NCBI RefSeq assembly: GCF_001194135.2
Contig: NC_068984.1
Coordinates: 36,995,971 to 37,059,970 of the forward strand
Direction: 5' to 3'
DNA length: 64,000 nt
Source: Octopus bimaculoides
Taxonomy: Eukaryota
Shown: positions 53,231 through 64,000 of the stretch, in pieces
How the letters are laid out: each line of letters starts with the position of its first letter
Numbering within the stretch: position 1 is the stretch's first letter
Position numbers and translations under genes: made by a program
The notes under the pieces: generated by a model
What the model saw: the letters and a program-made list of their open reading frames with translations, nothing else
The model's database searches: none
What the model was told of the DNA's origin: nothing

Positions 53231-53556
53231 TAACAGGGACCATAATTGTCCGAAAAATGCCGACCGACAATTCTTAAGACAATTCCTAAGAATTATTTAG
53301 TGACAATTATAATTCTCATTTTTGGTAAAACATTAGAACCTACTGTTTACATTAATTTGTGTATACACATTAGTGAATCGCTAAATCATTCATCAATTTG
53401 GATGAGGAAAACATATATGCTAATAGAGAAACAGGTCTGGAAATGGCTGAACACTGAAATGGCTTAAATGATGATGGCAAATGAAATTGCCAACACTGAC
53501 GCGTCAGTCTAAAGAATTCTCGGTCGGTATTTTTCGTTCAATTATGATCCCTGTTA
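53231..53556. mobile_element. MITE with 50-bp TIRs and probable TA TSD (Tc1/mariner-type)
   Basis: Left TAACAGGGACCATAATTGTCCGAAAAATGCCGACCGACAATTCTTAAGAC (53231-53280) versus the reverse complement of 53507-53556: 44/50 identical. TA at both ends and a non-coding interior. Confidence 0.85.
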
Positions 53557-53635
53557 GAGTATAAATTTTCATTCATGTCTGTTAGAGCATTTTAGCTCTT
53601 ACTTCTAGCAAAGGAAGTGCTTTATAACATCCTAG

Positions 53636-53683
<48 letters not shown>

Positions 53684-53789
53684 CATATTCAGTTATTCTT
53701 TTACTCTTTTATGCATTCAGTACAAATGCTGCGACCATGCTGGGGCACTGCCAGTGTTATCTCGCTTTTCAATGGCCATTTTCTTTTGT

Positions 53790-56200
53790 ACTAAATTTCT
53801 TCTGAGTTTCTTGCCATGATGTAGGTTAATCTGGGAATTTGGACAACAGGATGCCAAGTTGTTCTTTGAGAACATGTAACCCCACTCCATGTAGATCTCT
53901 GTGATGTTTTGGTAAGGTATTAAATACCCGTAGGTTCTTGAATCATAAGTTATTGCAATATATGGTCCTCCATCTGGACGCGATGTCTGGGATATTTTGA
54001 AAAGTGCAGTGACGTCCAGTTTGGGGGCTGGTGTGCCTTTCGATGGTAAAGTTTGGTGTCAAGACTTCCAGGATTTTTCATACGTATATTATTGTATATC
54101 TCTCCCGTTTCTCCTAATATCTCAGTTGTCCATTGATGCAAAATTCCTGGTGTAGCATCGCTTAAATGCCTCCCATTCAGTTATTCATTTGACGCTGTGC
54201 AGTGATCACAATTGACAGCAGTAGTAGGTGAGTGAGGACAAATTCCCTCCATAGAACCAGCATAGTTTCCTAGTCCTTGTTCTGGAATTTCTCAGAATCT
54301 ACCTAGCCATTCGCCTGCACAACGCCACCATCTTCGCACACGAAACGAGGCGTTGTTGCTTATGGCAATCCCCAGATCAAACACTGTACCTGACTCGGGG
54401 ATTGCCGCTTATTTTGTTCCAAAGTATCTTTGTTGCAACAAGCTATCTGATAGTGGAAAGCTTGGAATTGACTTGCATTAAGTTGCATGTCGTTTTCTTC
54501 AGCCCATTTATAGCATCCACGTCTTTCTCTAAAAGATTAGCATCAAAAGTTTCGTTGACGGGCAGTAAGTGTGGTTCTCTGCAATTGATGGTCTATCCAA
54601 AGGAGCCACCATAATCTGCCGCGGCCCCGAAGCGCTCCACTCGCAGTTACACTTTCTTTGGAGAGGGTTCCATTAGCGTCTACAGCCCAGCATCAGTCTT
54701 TTAAGAAGTCATGTAACCACTCTCCCAGTTTTCTGACTATGCCTAGTGTTGGGTCTCAGGATGCATCTCATCCTCTTCTAGGAAAATGATCAGCTTCCTT
54801 CTGACAATGCTTTCCATACCGTTAGAAGCATGCGAGATTAGAGAGACGGGTCTATAATTTTTAGCATCCGCCCTGCTACCCTTTTTATAGACATGATATA
54901 TTATGCCATCCTTTAACTTTCTGAGAGGTCTCCCTATTGCAGAGAAATTTTGGAAGAGGATCTGTAGTGCTCTTGCTAGATTCCCTTTGTATTCTTTTAG
55001 AAGGATTGATGAGAATCCATCCGGACTAGTGGTTAAGTTTAAGCTCATTTCATCAATGGCTGATATTACATGATTTTCCTCTATTTCGAAGTAATTAATA
55101 ATTGCCATTTCTTTCTGTAGAGCTGTTGTGCCAAAGAACTCATCAGGCACAGCTAATGGCAAGCGTGCCAACGAAGTTGAGAAAAACGTCTGTGTAACAC
55201 ATCCAATATTTAACTTATCCTTTGGGTGTTTGCAGTCACTGAGCCATTTTCGTCGAACATTGTCTTTATCTTGTAGCATTCTAAAGCAGATTCTTTTGCA
55301 AATCTATAGGCGTTAGGATTTGTCTTTACACTTTTACAGCCCCGGCTTCTTTCTCTGCCCCTTTTCATGGGGGTGTTTACTGTCAATCTCAGGCAATATT
55401 TATCCTTCAGTGGCCCATTTAGACGGTTTGAGGCCTTTGATCGTCGTTTCATTTGAATCATACTATCCCCAGTAATTATGCTTTTCTGTCTGTTTGACAT
55501 ACACTCTGGAGTAAATTTACTGCATAGTCATGCTTGATTGTTATAAAGTTCTGTAGCTTTGTGTCAATATGTTATTTAGAGAAACTGTTAGACCAGTTTT
55601 GTTCCATAACCTCTTTCTGAATACTGTTCCAATCAGTTTTATGAAAGTTCAAATTATAAAAAGAGTTGAGTGTCTCTAATAGCCTTCATGTCTGCAGTTC
55701 TCTGCAGACCATACATTGTTAGTCCAATGAAGGTATGGTCCTAGAAATATAGTCGGTATCACATTAACATTATGGATAATTGCTGTGTTATTTGTGGAGC
55801 AGAAGTCCAGAACATATTTATTCCTTGTCGGGTGGAGCACTATTTGCTGCATAAAGAGCATATTTGTGAGTCGAGCAGAGACTGCTTGCCTATGTTCCTG
55901 CAGTAACATATCTGAGAGATGGCAGCCATGAAGTCATTCGATATTAGGGATATTGAAGTCTCCGTGAAGAAGTATATGAAGGTTGTCATCTTGATTGGTT
56001 AGTACTTCATCCATCGTCTTGCGGCTGTCTTCGAATGAGTTTCCATAATGTCGAGTATCTGGTGGGCGGTGTGTCGTACATATTACCATTTTGATCTGTT
56101 TAATGTATACTACCAGTGTCACAAGCTGAGGTTGAGTGTGACAGGAGGGATACAGACGTGACATCTTCAGAAATATGCATTGCAATTCCGTCATGAGTTT
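53790..56200 (-). mobile_element. CR1-clade LINE ORF2 (APE endonuclease plus RT), decayed with internal deletions
   Basis: APE: VICTTHRPPD...HILLHGDFNIPNI. RT: SPDGFSSILLKE...KKGSRADAKNYRPVSLISH...ETQH. Further 3' sequence is compatible with a CR1 C-terminus. Confidence 0.9.
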
Positions 56201-56341
56201 TTTCTCTCCTATGCAAAATACTTTGGTATATATATCTTAGCATGTAACATGTCAGCGTACAGGTGTAATTCTGTTAATGCTATGCATACTGCTGGATTAC
56301 ATGTAATTAAGTTTTCCAACAGGGAGTCTCACCCCGCTCTG

Positions 56342-56343
<2 letters not shown>

Positions 56344-56426
<83 letters not shown>
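56344..56426. repeat. (TG)n microsatellite
   Basis: Read directly. Confidence 0.97.
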
Positions 56427-56429
<3 letters not shown>

Positions 56430-56956
56430 CATCTGTGAGTGCACATTATAAAAAATGTTACAGGGAAACCCAATTCTTTTATATGCTGCATGAGGTGGCG
56501 CATACCATTTTGATCGGAAAAAAGAGAAGAAACACCATATCACAAAAGACGAGATATTGCATTTATCGCAAGTGACCGGATTCGAAGACGAACTTTGGAA
56601 TGTAGTGGGTCAATTTAACTAAGTAATTATGCTTTGGAAGTGACTGTTAAATTTTAAAATAAAGCATTGAACATATAGCAGTTTACGCATTTGTAATTGT
56701 TTGGATTCACACTACACAAAATATTCATAATCAAGCGAAGCTACTCGGATTTACCCATCAGAAGAATTACAGTAGGATTACTCACCCAAAGGGATCCATG
56801 ATGCTTCTTCTTACCTGATATGGCTAGCCGGAATCTGGACTATTCCTAAGAGATCTTATGGTATCCGCCTGGATAATTTATCTTTATATAGTCATCGTAT
56901 AATTATATATATAAATACATACATACATAAATACGATGCATATAAATATGTATATA

Positions 56957-57003
<47 letters not shown>

Positions 57004-57011
57004 TGTATGTA

Positions 57012-57042
<31 letters not shown>

Positions 57043-58323
57043 GTGTATGTGTGTATGTATGTATGTATGCATGCATATGTGTATATGTGGGTATATGTTT
57101 GTGTATACTGTATGCACGTATCTAATGCATGCATGTGAACGAGTGAGACAGCGAGTGAGGAAATATAAACTGCTATTTAAATTGGATGCTTTTTGTCTTG
57201 CTCTGACGGTATTTCTCGAATAAACGAATAGATTAAAAAAATAAATTAAGCAATAATCATAATATTTTAAATCACGTTAGTATTTCTTTTGATAAAACAA
57301 CCGCTACAACAGGCAAAACTAAGAATTCCATTAGACGAAATTCTAATATTTTTCAATATTACATTCTAACTGTAGACAGCTTTTAGCTACACTACTAAAT
57401 ATAGTTCTTAATATTGTAAGAGTAATAGTAGTTCTTCGCAATTGAGAAATATCTATTCAGAAACGAGTGATTCAGCTACAAAAATGCTAAGACATATGAC
57501 ACACTAGTCATATTGATATAGACAGAAATAGAATTGAGTCATATATCAATGAAGTTCATGGGTTAAGTAATGTAATCAATTACAGGAAAAGACTGTTGCA
57601 CAGAAATTTCAAATAATATTAATAATAACATGCAATACATGTATGACTACCCCAAAAATATCTTTGAACAATATAAATGTATACATACACACACATACAC
57701 AAGCATATAGATATATACAAAAACATACCAACAACATTCACTCACATACACGCATGCATAGAAATAAATAAAGCCGATATAAATGTTGATTGGTTGGTTA
57801 ATTACTCCGTCACGCTTCGCATAAGATATAGAGAGGAGGGGAGATAGTAAAACAAAGATACAGAAAACTAACGGATGCAGAATGAATATGCATATTAGAT
57901 TTGGTGGCATACAGGGAGTAAGCCACTGCTACACACACACACACAGTGAGAGAGAAAGACTCAGAGAGACGGAAGCGGTGGTATTGGTGATGGAAGGGGA
58001 GACGGAGTAGAGAGAGTAAAAGGCAGAGTATTTATAGGGAAAGTTATACAAATAAGACCTAGAGAGAAATTCTCCTCCGTTGCCAAAACACAACAGCGAT
58101 GACGGAACATATTAAGAATGAATATGTACGTCATTGTTTAGTTGGAATAGGTTTTGTTTTAAGGTATTTTTCTTTTTTATCATTTTGCAGAAGTATCAAC
58201 GAATTTGGTAAGTTTAAATTATAATTACTGTATAGTTGACATATTTTCTAATACTATCCATAGTGACAAAAGAACAATTCTAAAGTTACCCGACATATGA
58301 CAGGTAACTTTGGAAGTTTAGTG

Positions 58324-58374
<51 letters not shown>

Positions 58375-58734
58375 CACACATACACACGCACAAACAAACA
58401 CACACACACACATACACACATACACACGCACAAACAAACACACACGTATATATTTTATTTAGGCATCTAGAGACTAATAACCTGGTGCAGAATCCGTATA
58501 CTTCCGCTTCAGAACGAAGGGTCACTCGAGTAATAGAGTGGAAATAAGAAAATGAGATGATGAAGGAATAAACGATTATCTTATTAACTTCATTGGCTTA
58601 CGGCTGTTTCTACTATAGAATGCAGAAGACTCATAGATGAGTGCTTGAGTATCAACGTATAGCTTAATCTGAGAAAATAAATAGCTCTCCATATTGGAGA
58701 CCGATCTAATGCAATTATATATATATATATATAT

Positions 58735-58767
<33 letters not shown>

Positions 58768-58853
58768 TTATATATACATATATGAATGTATATATATAAT
58801 TTCTATTCATACATATATATATATATATATAAATATATATTTAATTTACATTC

Positions 58854-58858
<5 letters not shown>

Positions 58859-58925
<67 letters not shown>
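58859..58925. repeat. (TA)n within a larger TA/TG low-complexity block (~58715-59130)
   Basis: Read directly. Confidence 0.97.
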
Positions 58926-58928
<3 letters not shown>

Positions 58929-59249
58929 AATTTATATATATATACATATATAATTTTATATTTATATATATATATTTATATAAGTATGCGTATATATATG
59001 TGTGTATATATGTACATATGTCTATATATGTGTGTGTGTGTCTGTGTGTGTGTATGTGTGTGTGTGTGCGTATGTGTATGTGCGTGTTTGTGTGTGTGTG
59101 GTGTGGGGGAAAGTGTGTGTGTATGAATGTGTATTCATATCGTTCTCGTCGTCGGCTGTATCTGAAAATTTAATTTTTTCTTTGTTGAACGCTTCCTCTA
59201 TAGTGATGGCGTAGAAGACTTAAGTTGCCAATTTATTGCATACAAGAGT

Positions 59250-59420
59250 GGATGGTAATGACTCCATGCTAGACTGCAGCAAACTACGAGTTGACGGAAG
59301 CCATTGAACGAGAATGCACACAATTTCCAAACGAAATATTTCTTGATGCTTGCAATTCTATTGCTTTGCATAACCAACAGTACAGAACGTTTATCATTTT
59401 GAAACAGGTGTTCACGAAAG
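59250..59420 (+). mobile_element. Tc1/mariner-superfamily transposase C-terminal remnant
   Basis: YELTEAIERECTQFPNEIFLDACNSIA resembles ELKEAI.RE...IP.E.....C.S. Confidence 0.45.
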
Positions 59421-61149
59421 AAATTATATTTTGCCGATAGATTGTATTAACTTTTGAAAATGAACTCAATAAACTATGACTTCGTAATCATTTAATGCAG
59501 GTATAAATTTCTTGGGGACTCTGTACAAATACACACACGCACACACTCACACACCACCACCACCACTACCGCACCATATTTCACCCACCCCCACACACGC
59601 ATGGCGATATGTTTTTATGTGTATTATATATGGATGCTTGAATTTATATATTATGTGCGCGTACATGACTGTTGACGAGAGAAAATCATTTGATTTACTT
59701 TCTCTCCTGTGATCAATTTTACAAACACTCTTAGCAGAGTATATGAGAACAGGCCTCTAATCCGGGACTTTGTGCGTATAGATTCACTTTCTATGGATGT
59801 ACTAGTTGGCATTCTCTTCATGTGTCCAGTTTTGATATATGTGCTGTCACAAACGGGTTTAATAAGTTTTTTCGTTTTGCACTGTGTGATTGATGATGCC
59901 ATTTGGCCGATTGATATTCGCAAGATGATTTAGCAATTTTGAATAACAATTCAAGAACTTTTAGTATTTTGGCAGTCATGCTATCAACATTCTAACTATA
60001 ACAGTACATATTTGTTCATTTTACAGTGAATGTCGTCTGCAACTGACTTACTTCCCGTCATATTTAGATGTTTTAAATATATTTCAGTGAATATTCAACA
60101 ATAAACATAATTCAAAATTTAGATTTAAGTTTCGTGTTACGATAAAAATTATGGAGAATTTTAGAGGGGAGACAACATTTTGCATTAAAATGTAGCACTC
60201 TACTACCATTGACATAAAAATATTATAGCTATGGTTATTCTAATATTATGATTTCGGTAAGTAATATCTGGTTTTACTTATAGGACAATTTAAAAGTGTG
60301 TTTATTAATAATTCTATATTGAAATTAGATTTAATACTCACTGTTAATATTGCTGCAATGATTAGTGTTGGAGTTTGAAAACATGCACTGTAGGCATACC
60401 TTTGTTAAAACTGAGTTTACAAATACTTTGGAGCATATTGACCATTATAGTGTAACTAATGTTATGTACAAAACTGGAAGTTATTTTTTTATTCTTTTAT
60501 TCTTTTACTTCTTTCACTCATTTGACTGTGGTCATGCTGGAGCACCTAGATTTATAGGTGATACTTCAAAGTCTCCTATGGAAGTTTCTTGTATCTAACG
60601 AAGGATTATTGTCCGAAACGTGATATATTTAATCTATAACATTTACTATATAACATTTTTTTAAAGGTGCAACATAACAAAGGTTCCAAAGTTTGGTTCA
60701 AGTTCAGCAATGGTAAGAGAGTGGTGTAAGTCAAATAGTATTTAATTTATCGCCCCCAAAAGAATGACTGTCGACGTCTATCCTGGGGACAATTGAACTT
60801 TGAACGTCAAGTGAATAAAATGCTACTAATGCACCACATTTAATGTGTGTGTGTGTGCGTGCACACGTGTGTGCGTGTATGTATGTACACACGGAGTAGA
60901 AGATTTAATACCCTGTTACATACTTGATGAAGCAAATCCTACCTAAACCAACGAATCATGGTGTCGTTGAAATAATTCTGCCGTTTCCATACATTTTCCC
61001 ATTTTTGATTATTGTAAATCTAAGCCCAACGAAACAACAATTTAGTCCATAGGCCATAAAATGCAGCTGTTAAGATTACCAGTCTGGAAAGGTACTTTAC
61101 AACGAAACATGATGTTGTTACTTGACAGATTAGTAACACTGTGGGTTAC

Positions 61150-61180
<31 letters not shown>

Positions 61181-61809
61181 ACACACATACACATATATAC
61201 ATGTGTACGTATGTATGTATGTATGTATGTATGCATGAATGTATGTATGTATGTATGTATGTGTGTGTTATGTCTCAAGCTACTGTTATCTAGCACCTTC
61301 GGATGATCTCTACGTGACTGCTACTCAACAGTCAGTCTACCGTCAGTCGACTCCTACCACGGTCGGATTACCTCTATTTACATGTCTTGGTCGAGCCTAC
61401 TTCTTCGCTTGGGGCGTCGACACAACAGTATGTATGTATGTATGTATGTCTATATTATATACCAATATATTATTAGATATGTTACGTGGAACTTTCAGTC
61501 AAAAATATTCCTTATAACAGATTTTCGCGTAGCTACAAGGTATTTATGACTATGAATATTCGATGATAAATTCTATGAACTATGAATTATACTTCGATTA
61601 AGATTAATTATGATGCACTCTGTTGATTTAAGGAGTATCATATACCTGTTATATGTGTTTGCATGTGTAATGCATTTATGTATATATATATATATATATN
61701 NNNNNNNNNNNNNNNNNNNNNNNNNNNNNNNNNNNNNNNNNNNNNNNNNNNNNNNNNNNNNNNNNNNNNNNNNNNNNNNNNNNNNNNNNATACTTGTGTG
61801 TATGTGTAC

Positions 61810-61849
<40 letters not shown>

Positions 61850-61878
61850 GTGTGTATATATGTATATGTATATTTTTG

Positions 61879-61909
<31 letters not shown>

Positions 61910-62363
61910 TTCTATCTCTATCTCTGTATACATGAATACATACAAATACACATGCACACATACACACACACACTGACACACAGACATGTTGAATTTCCTG
62001 AACGAATGAGGAAATATTAATCAATACATGTCGTAGATTATATGGTTTAGTTTAAATGAATGTTTATCCCGGGATTCGAATTTAACGCTATTGCGATCTT
62101 CAAGGGAATATAAATTACTAATGATATTTTCGAAGCCACCATGCCCCGATATGATGATTTTAAGTTGAAAATCCCTCGTAGGAAGAATAAATGAATCTCG
62201 AAATCCAATATAGATCGAAAATTAACTCAATTTTAGCTTTCCAGTACCTCTCTTTGACTCAGCTCAGCATTCTAATCGGACCAAATCTGTGCGATGTTTT
62301 TCTATGGCAAATTATTCATTCGCTTTATCTCAGACTTTCCATGTGTGCATATGCGTATGCAAC

Positions 62364-62397
<34 letters not shown>

Positions 62398-62877
62398 TGT
62401 GTGTGTTGATACGTGTGTGTGTGTGTGTGTGTGTGTTTGTATGTGTGTGTGCTTGTATGTGTGTGTGTGTCTGTGTGTTTTGTTATGTGTATGTGTTTAG
62501 AGAAAAGTGGGAGAATAACATAAAAATAGATGTGGATCCTTTCGAGATGTGGAGAAATATTGCATACATCTCATTGCATGAAAGGCAGAGTCATTGAGAG
62601 TTAAGACTGCGTTAATGATCAGATGTTTTCTTTCAAAATCTGACTGCAATTATACGCCTCACCAGATATTTGACGTTGCAATAAGAATATTGGTACTGCG
62701 TGTACTCAAAGGTAGCTGCAGTAACTTATGTTAGTTTAAGAATCACACTGGCGAAAAATAATCCGCAACTCAAAATTGATATTCGTTTTAAACCCTGTAA
62801 TTGATGAGTACTCTTCCCTCGTCCATTTGACACGATTCAACATTTCTGATACATATATATATATTTATATATGTATA

Positions 62878-62878
<1 letters not shown>

Positions 62879-62937
<59 letters not shown>
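62879..62937. repeat. (TTA)n microsatellite
   Basis: Read directly. Confidence 0.97.
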
Positions 62938-62939
<2 letters not shown>

Positions 62940-63134
62940 GTATTTGTTTTCTCTCGGTTAATAATTAACTCCGACAAAACAAATTGGTTAATAGATACCA
63001 GGGTAGCAAAGATCACAAAATTACTGTGGTGTAACTCCTGTTTATGAGGTAGAAACTCCCTGTTATTCTGGGCAGTTGAGTAAATATAAAAATTTAGTAA
63101 ATGGAGTAATACGCATATGTTAAATGAATTTTTT

Positions 63135-63226
63135 TATTTCCAACATATGTTTCGAAGATTACAAATGGTTTCTTCCAAAGGAATATGTGATGTTGATAAA
63201 GATGTAATCTTCTCTTCAGGGAAATA
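63135..63226 (-). ncRNA. Minimal type I hammerhead ribozyme motif with intact core
   Basis: Minus strand: UAUUUCC-CUGAAGA-GAAGAUUACA-(39 nt)-UGUAAUCUUC-GAAA-C-AUAU-G-U-U-GGAAAUA. Perfect 7-bp stem I, perfect 10-bp stem II closed by G10.1-C11.1, palindromic mini stem III, GUU cleavage triplet. Confidence 0.85.
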
Positions 63227-63401
63227 CATAGGAACCAGGTTAACCGTAAGACATTTTAACCGAATGTGATAACTGTAGGTAGAGAAGATTGCTACGTAAC
63301 AACTCTCTCCATTCACGGAAGGTACATCGCTTGTGCACGTCCACACGTTCGTTTTTTTTTCTTTTTTATCTGTTTCTTAACTCTTTCTTTTCTGAATTGA
63401 C

Positions 63402-63453
<52 letters not shown>

Positions 63454-63622
63454 TAGGTAAATGATAGGATTGCTTCAATATTTCAAGGGTAGTCTGAAGT
63501 ATCTAAGCAACCAGGGGATAGTTAAATCCGAAGGCACTTCTGGAAATTACTTGTGTGGGTACCGCTTTCGTTAGAAGGTATCCAGAGGCAGGTAATTTAT
63601 TGTTTAAACCGTAGTTTATAAT

Positions 63623-63983
63623 TATAATTATGTGGAGAATGGAGAAACAAACACAAAAAGAAGCAAGTCAATTGGGCTAGTAAGCCATTGATTTAATTAT
63701 GTGGAGATTAACTTCATCTAAAAGGTAAGACAAAATTTACCTAACTCTATTCTTATACCACTATATGCATTACTATATCCACTAACTGTTTCTCCTGCAT
63801 CTCTCACACCATGAAGTCTAACATACTCCTCAACATTCTGAAAAGATCTGCCAAACTATTTGGCACATTGAAACGATCGTAAATGACTCATTATATAATC
63901 TCCACATAATTAAATCAATGGCTAACTAGCCCAATTGACTTCCTTCTTTTTGTGTTTGTGTCTCCATTCTCCACATAATTATA
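63623..63983. mobile_element. Foldback/MITE-like unit: 88-bp inverted arms around a 185-bp spacer
   Basis: Arms 63623-63710 and 63896-63983 differ at only 3 positions. TA ends, and the right end abuts (TA)n. Confidence 0.85.
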
Positions 63984-64000
63984 TATATATATATATATAT

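Noticed and set aside
59651-59933. Hydrophobic plus-strand ORF 59709-59933 as a membrane-protein exon
   Set aside because: The opposite strand reads TGHMKRMP...RG, like an RTE C-terminus, and there is no good donor site.
5330-62961. Numerous ORFs made of HT/VC/YI/poly-L/H/D/E/R or X runs
   Set aside because: They are translations of microsatellites and N gaps, not genes.
1-64000. CRISPR arrays, rRNA genes, prokaryotic operons
   Set aside because: No regularly spaced repeat-spacer structure or rRNA-like sequence; the DNA is clearly eukaryotic and repeat-rich.

Overview
AT-rich, microsatellite-dense eukaryotic genomic DNA with several N gaps. The repeat content (tRNA-derived SINEs, R4/Dong-, CR1-, RTE- and Penelope-like retroelements, very abundant TG/TA/AAT/GAT tracts) suggests an Octopus-like coleoid cephalopod; this is an inference from remembered repeat consensuses, not a search. 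I recognise no intact host protein-coding gene, and almost every ORF in the track is a microsatellite, gap or decayed-transposon artefact. The window reads as intergenic or intronic DNA full of transposon fossils, mostly on the minus strand. The best signals are at the right end. One is a minimal type I hammerhead ribozyme with a fully intact core (63135-63226, minus). The other is an 88-bp near-perfect inverted repeat (63623-63983). Also notable: a MITE with 50-bp TIRs (53231-53556), an inverted-plus-direct triplicated block (27.4-30.0 kb), a CRE-clade retroelement fragment, elements sitting in (AAT)n tracts, and two unexplained GC-richer islands that could be host exons or regulatory DNA. 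Fossil boundaries are approximate (tens of bp) unless TSDs or TIRs are quoted.
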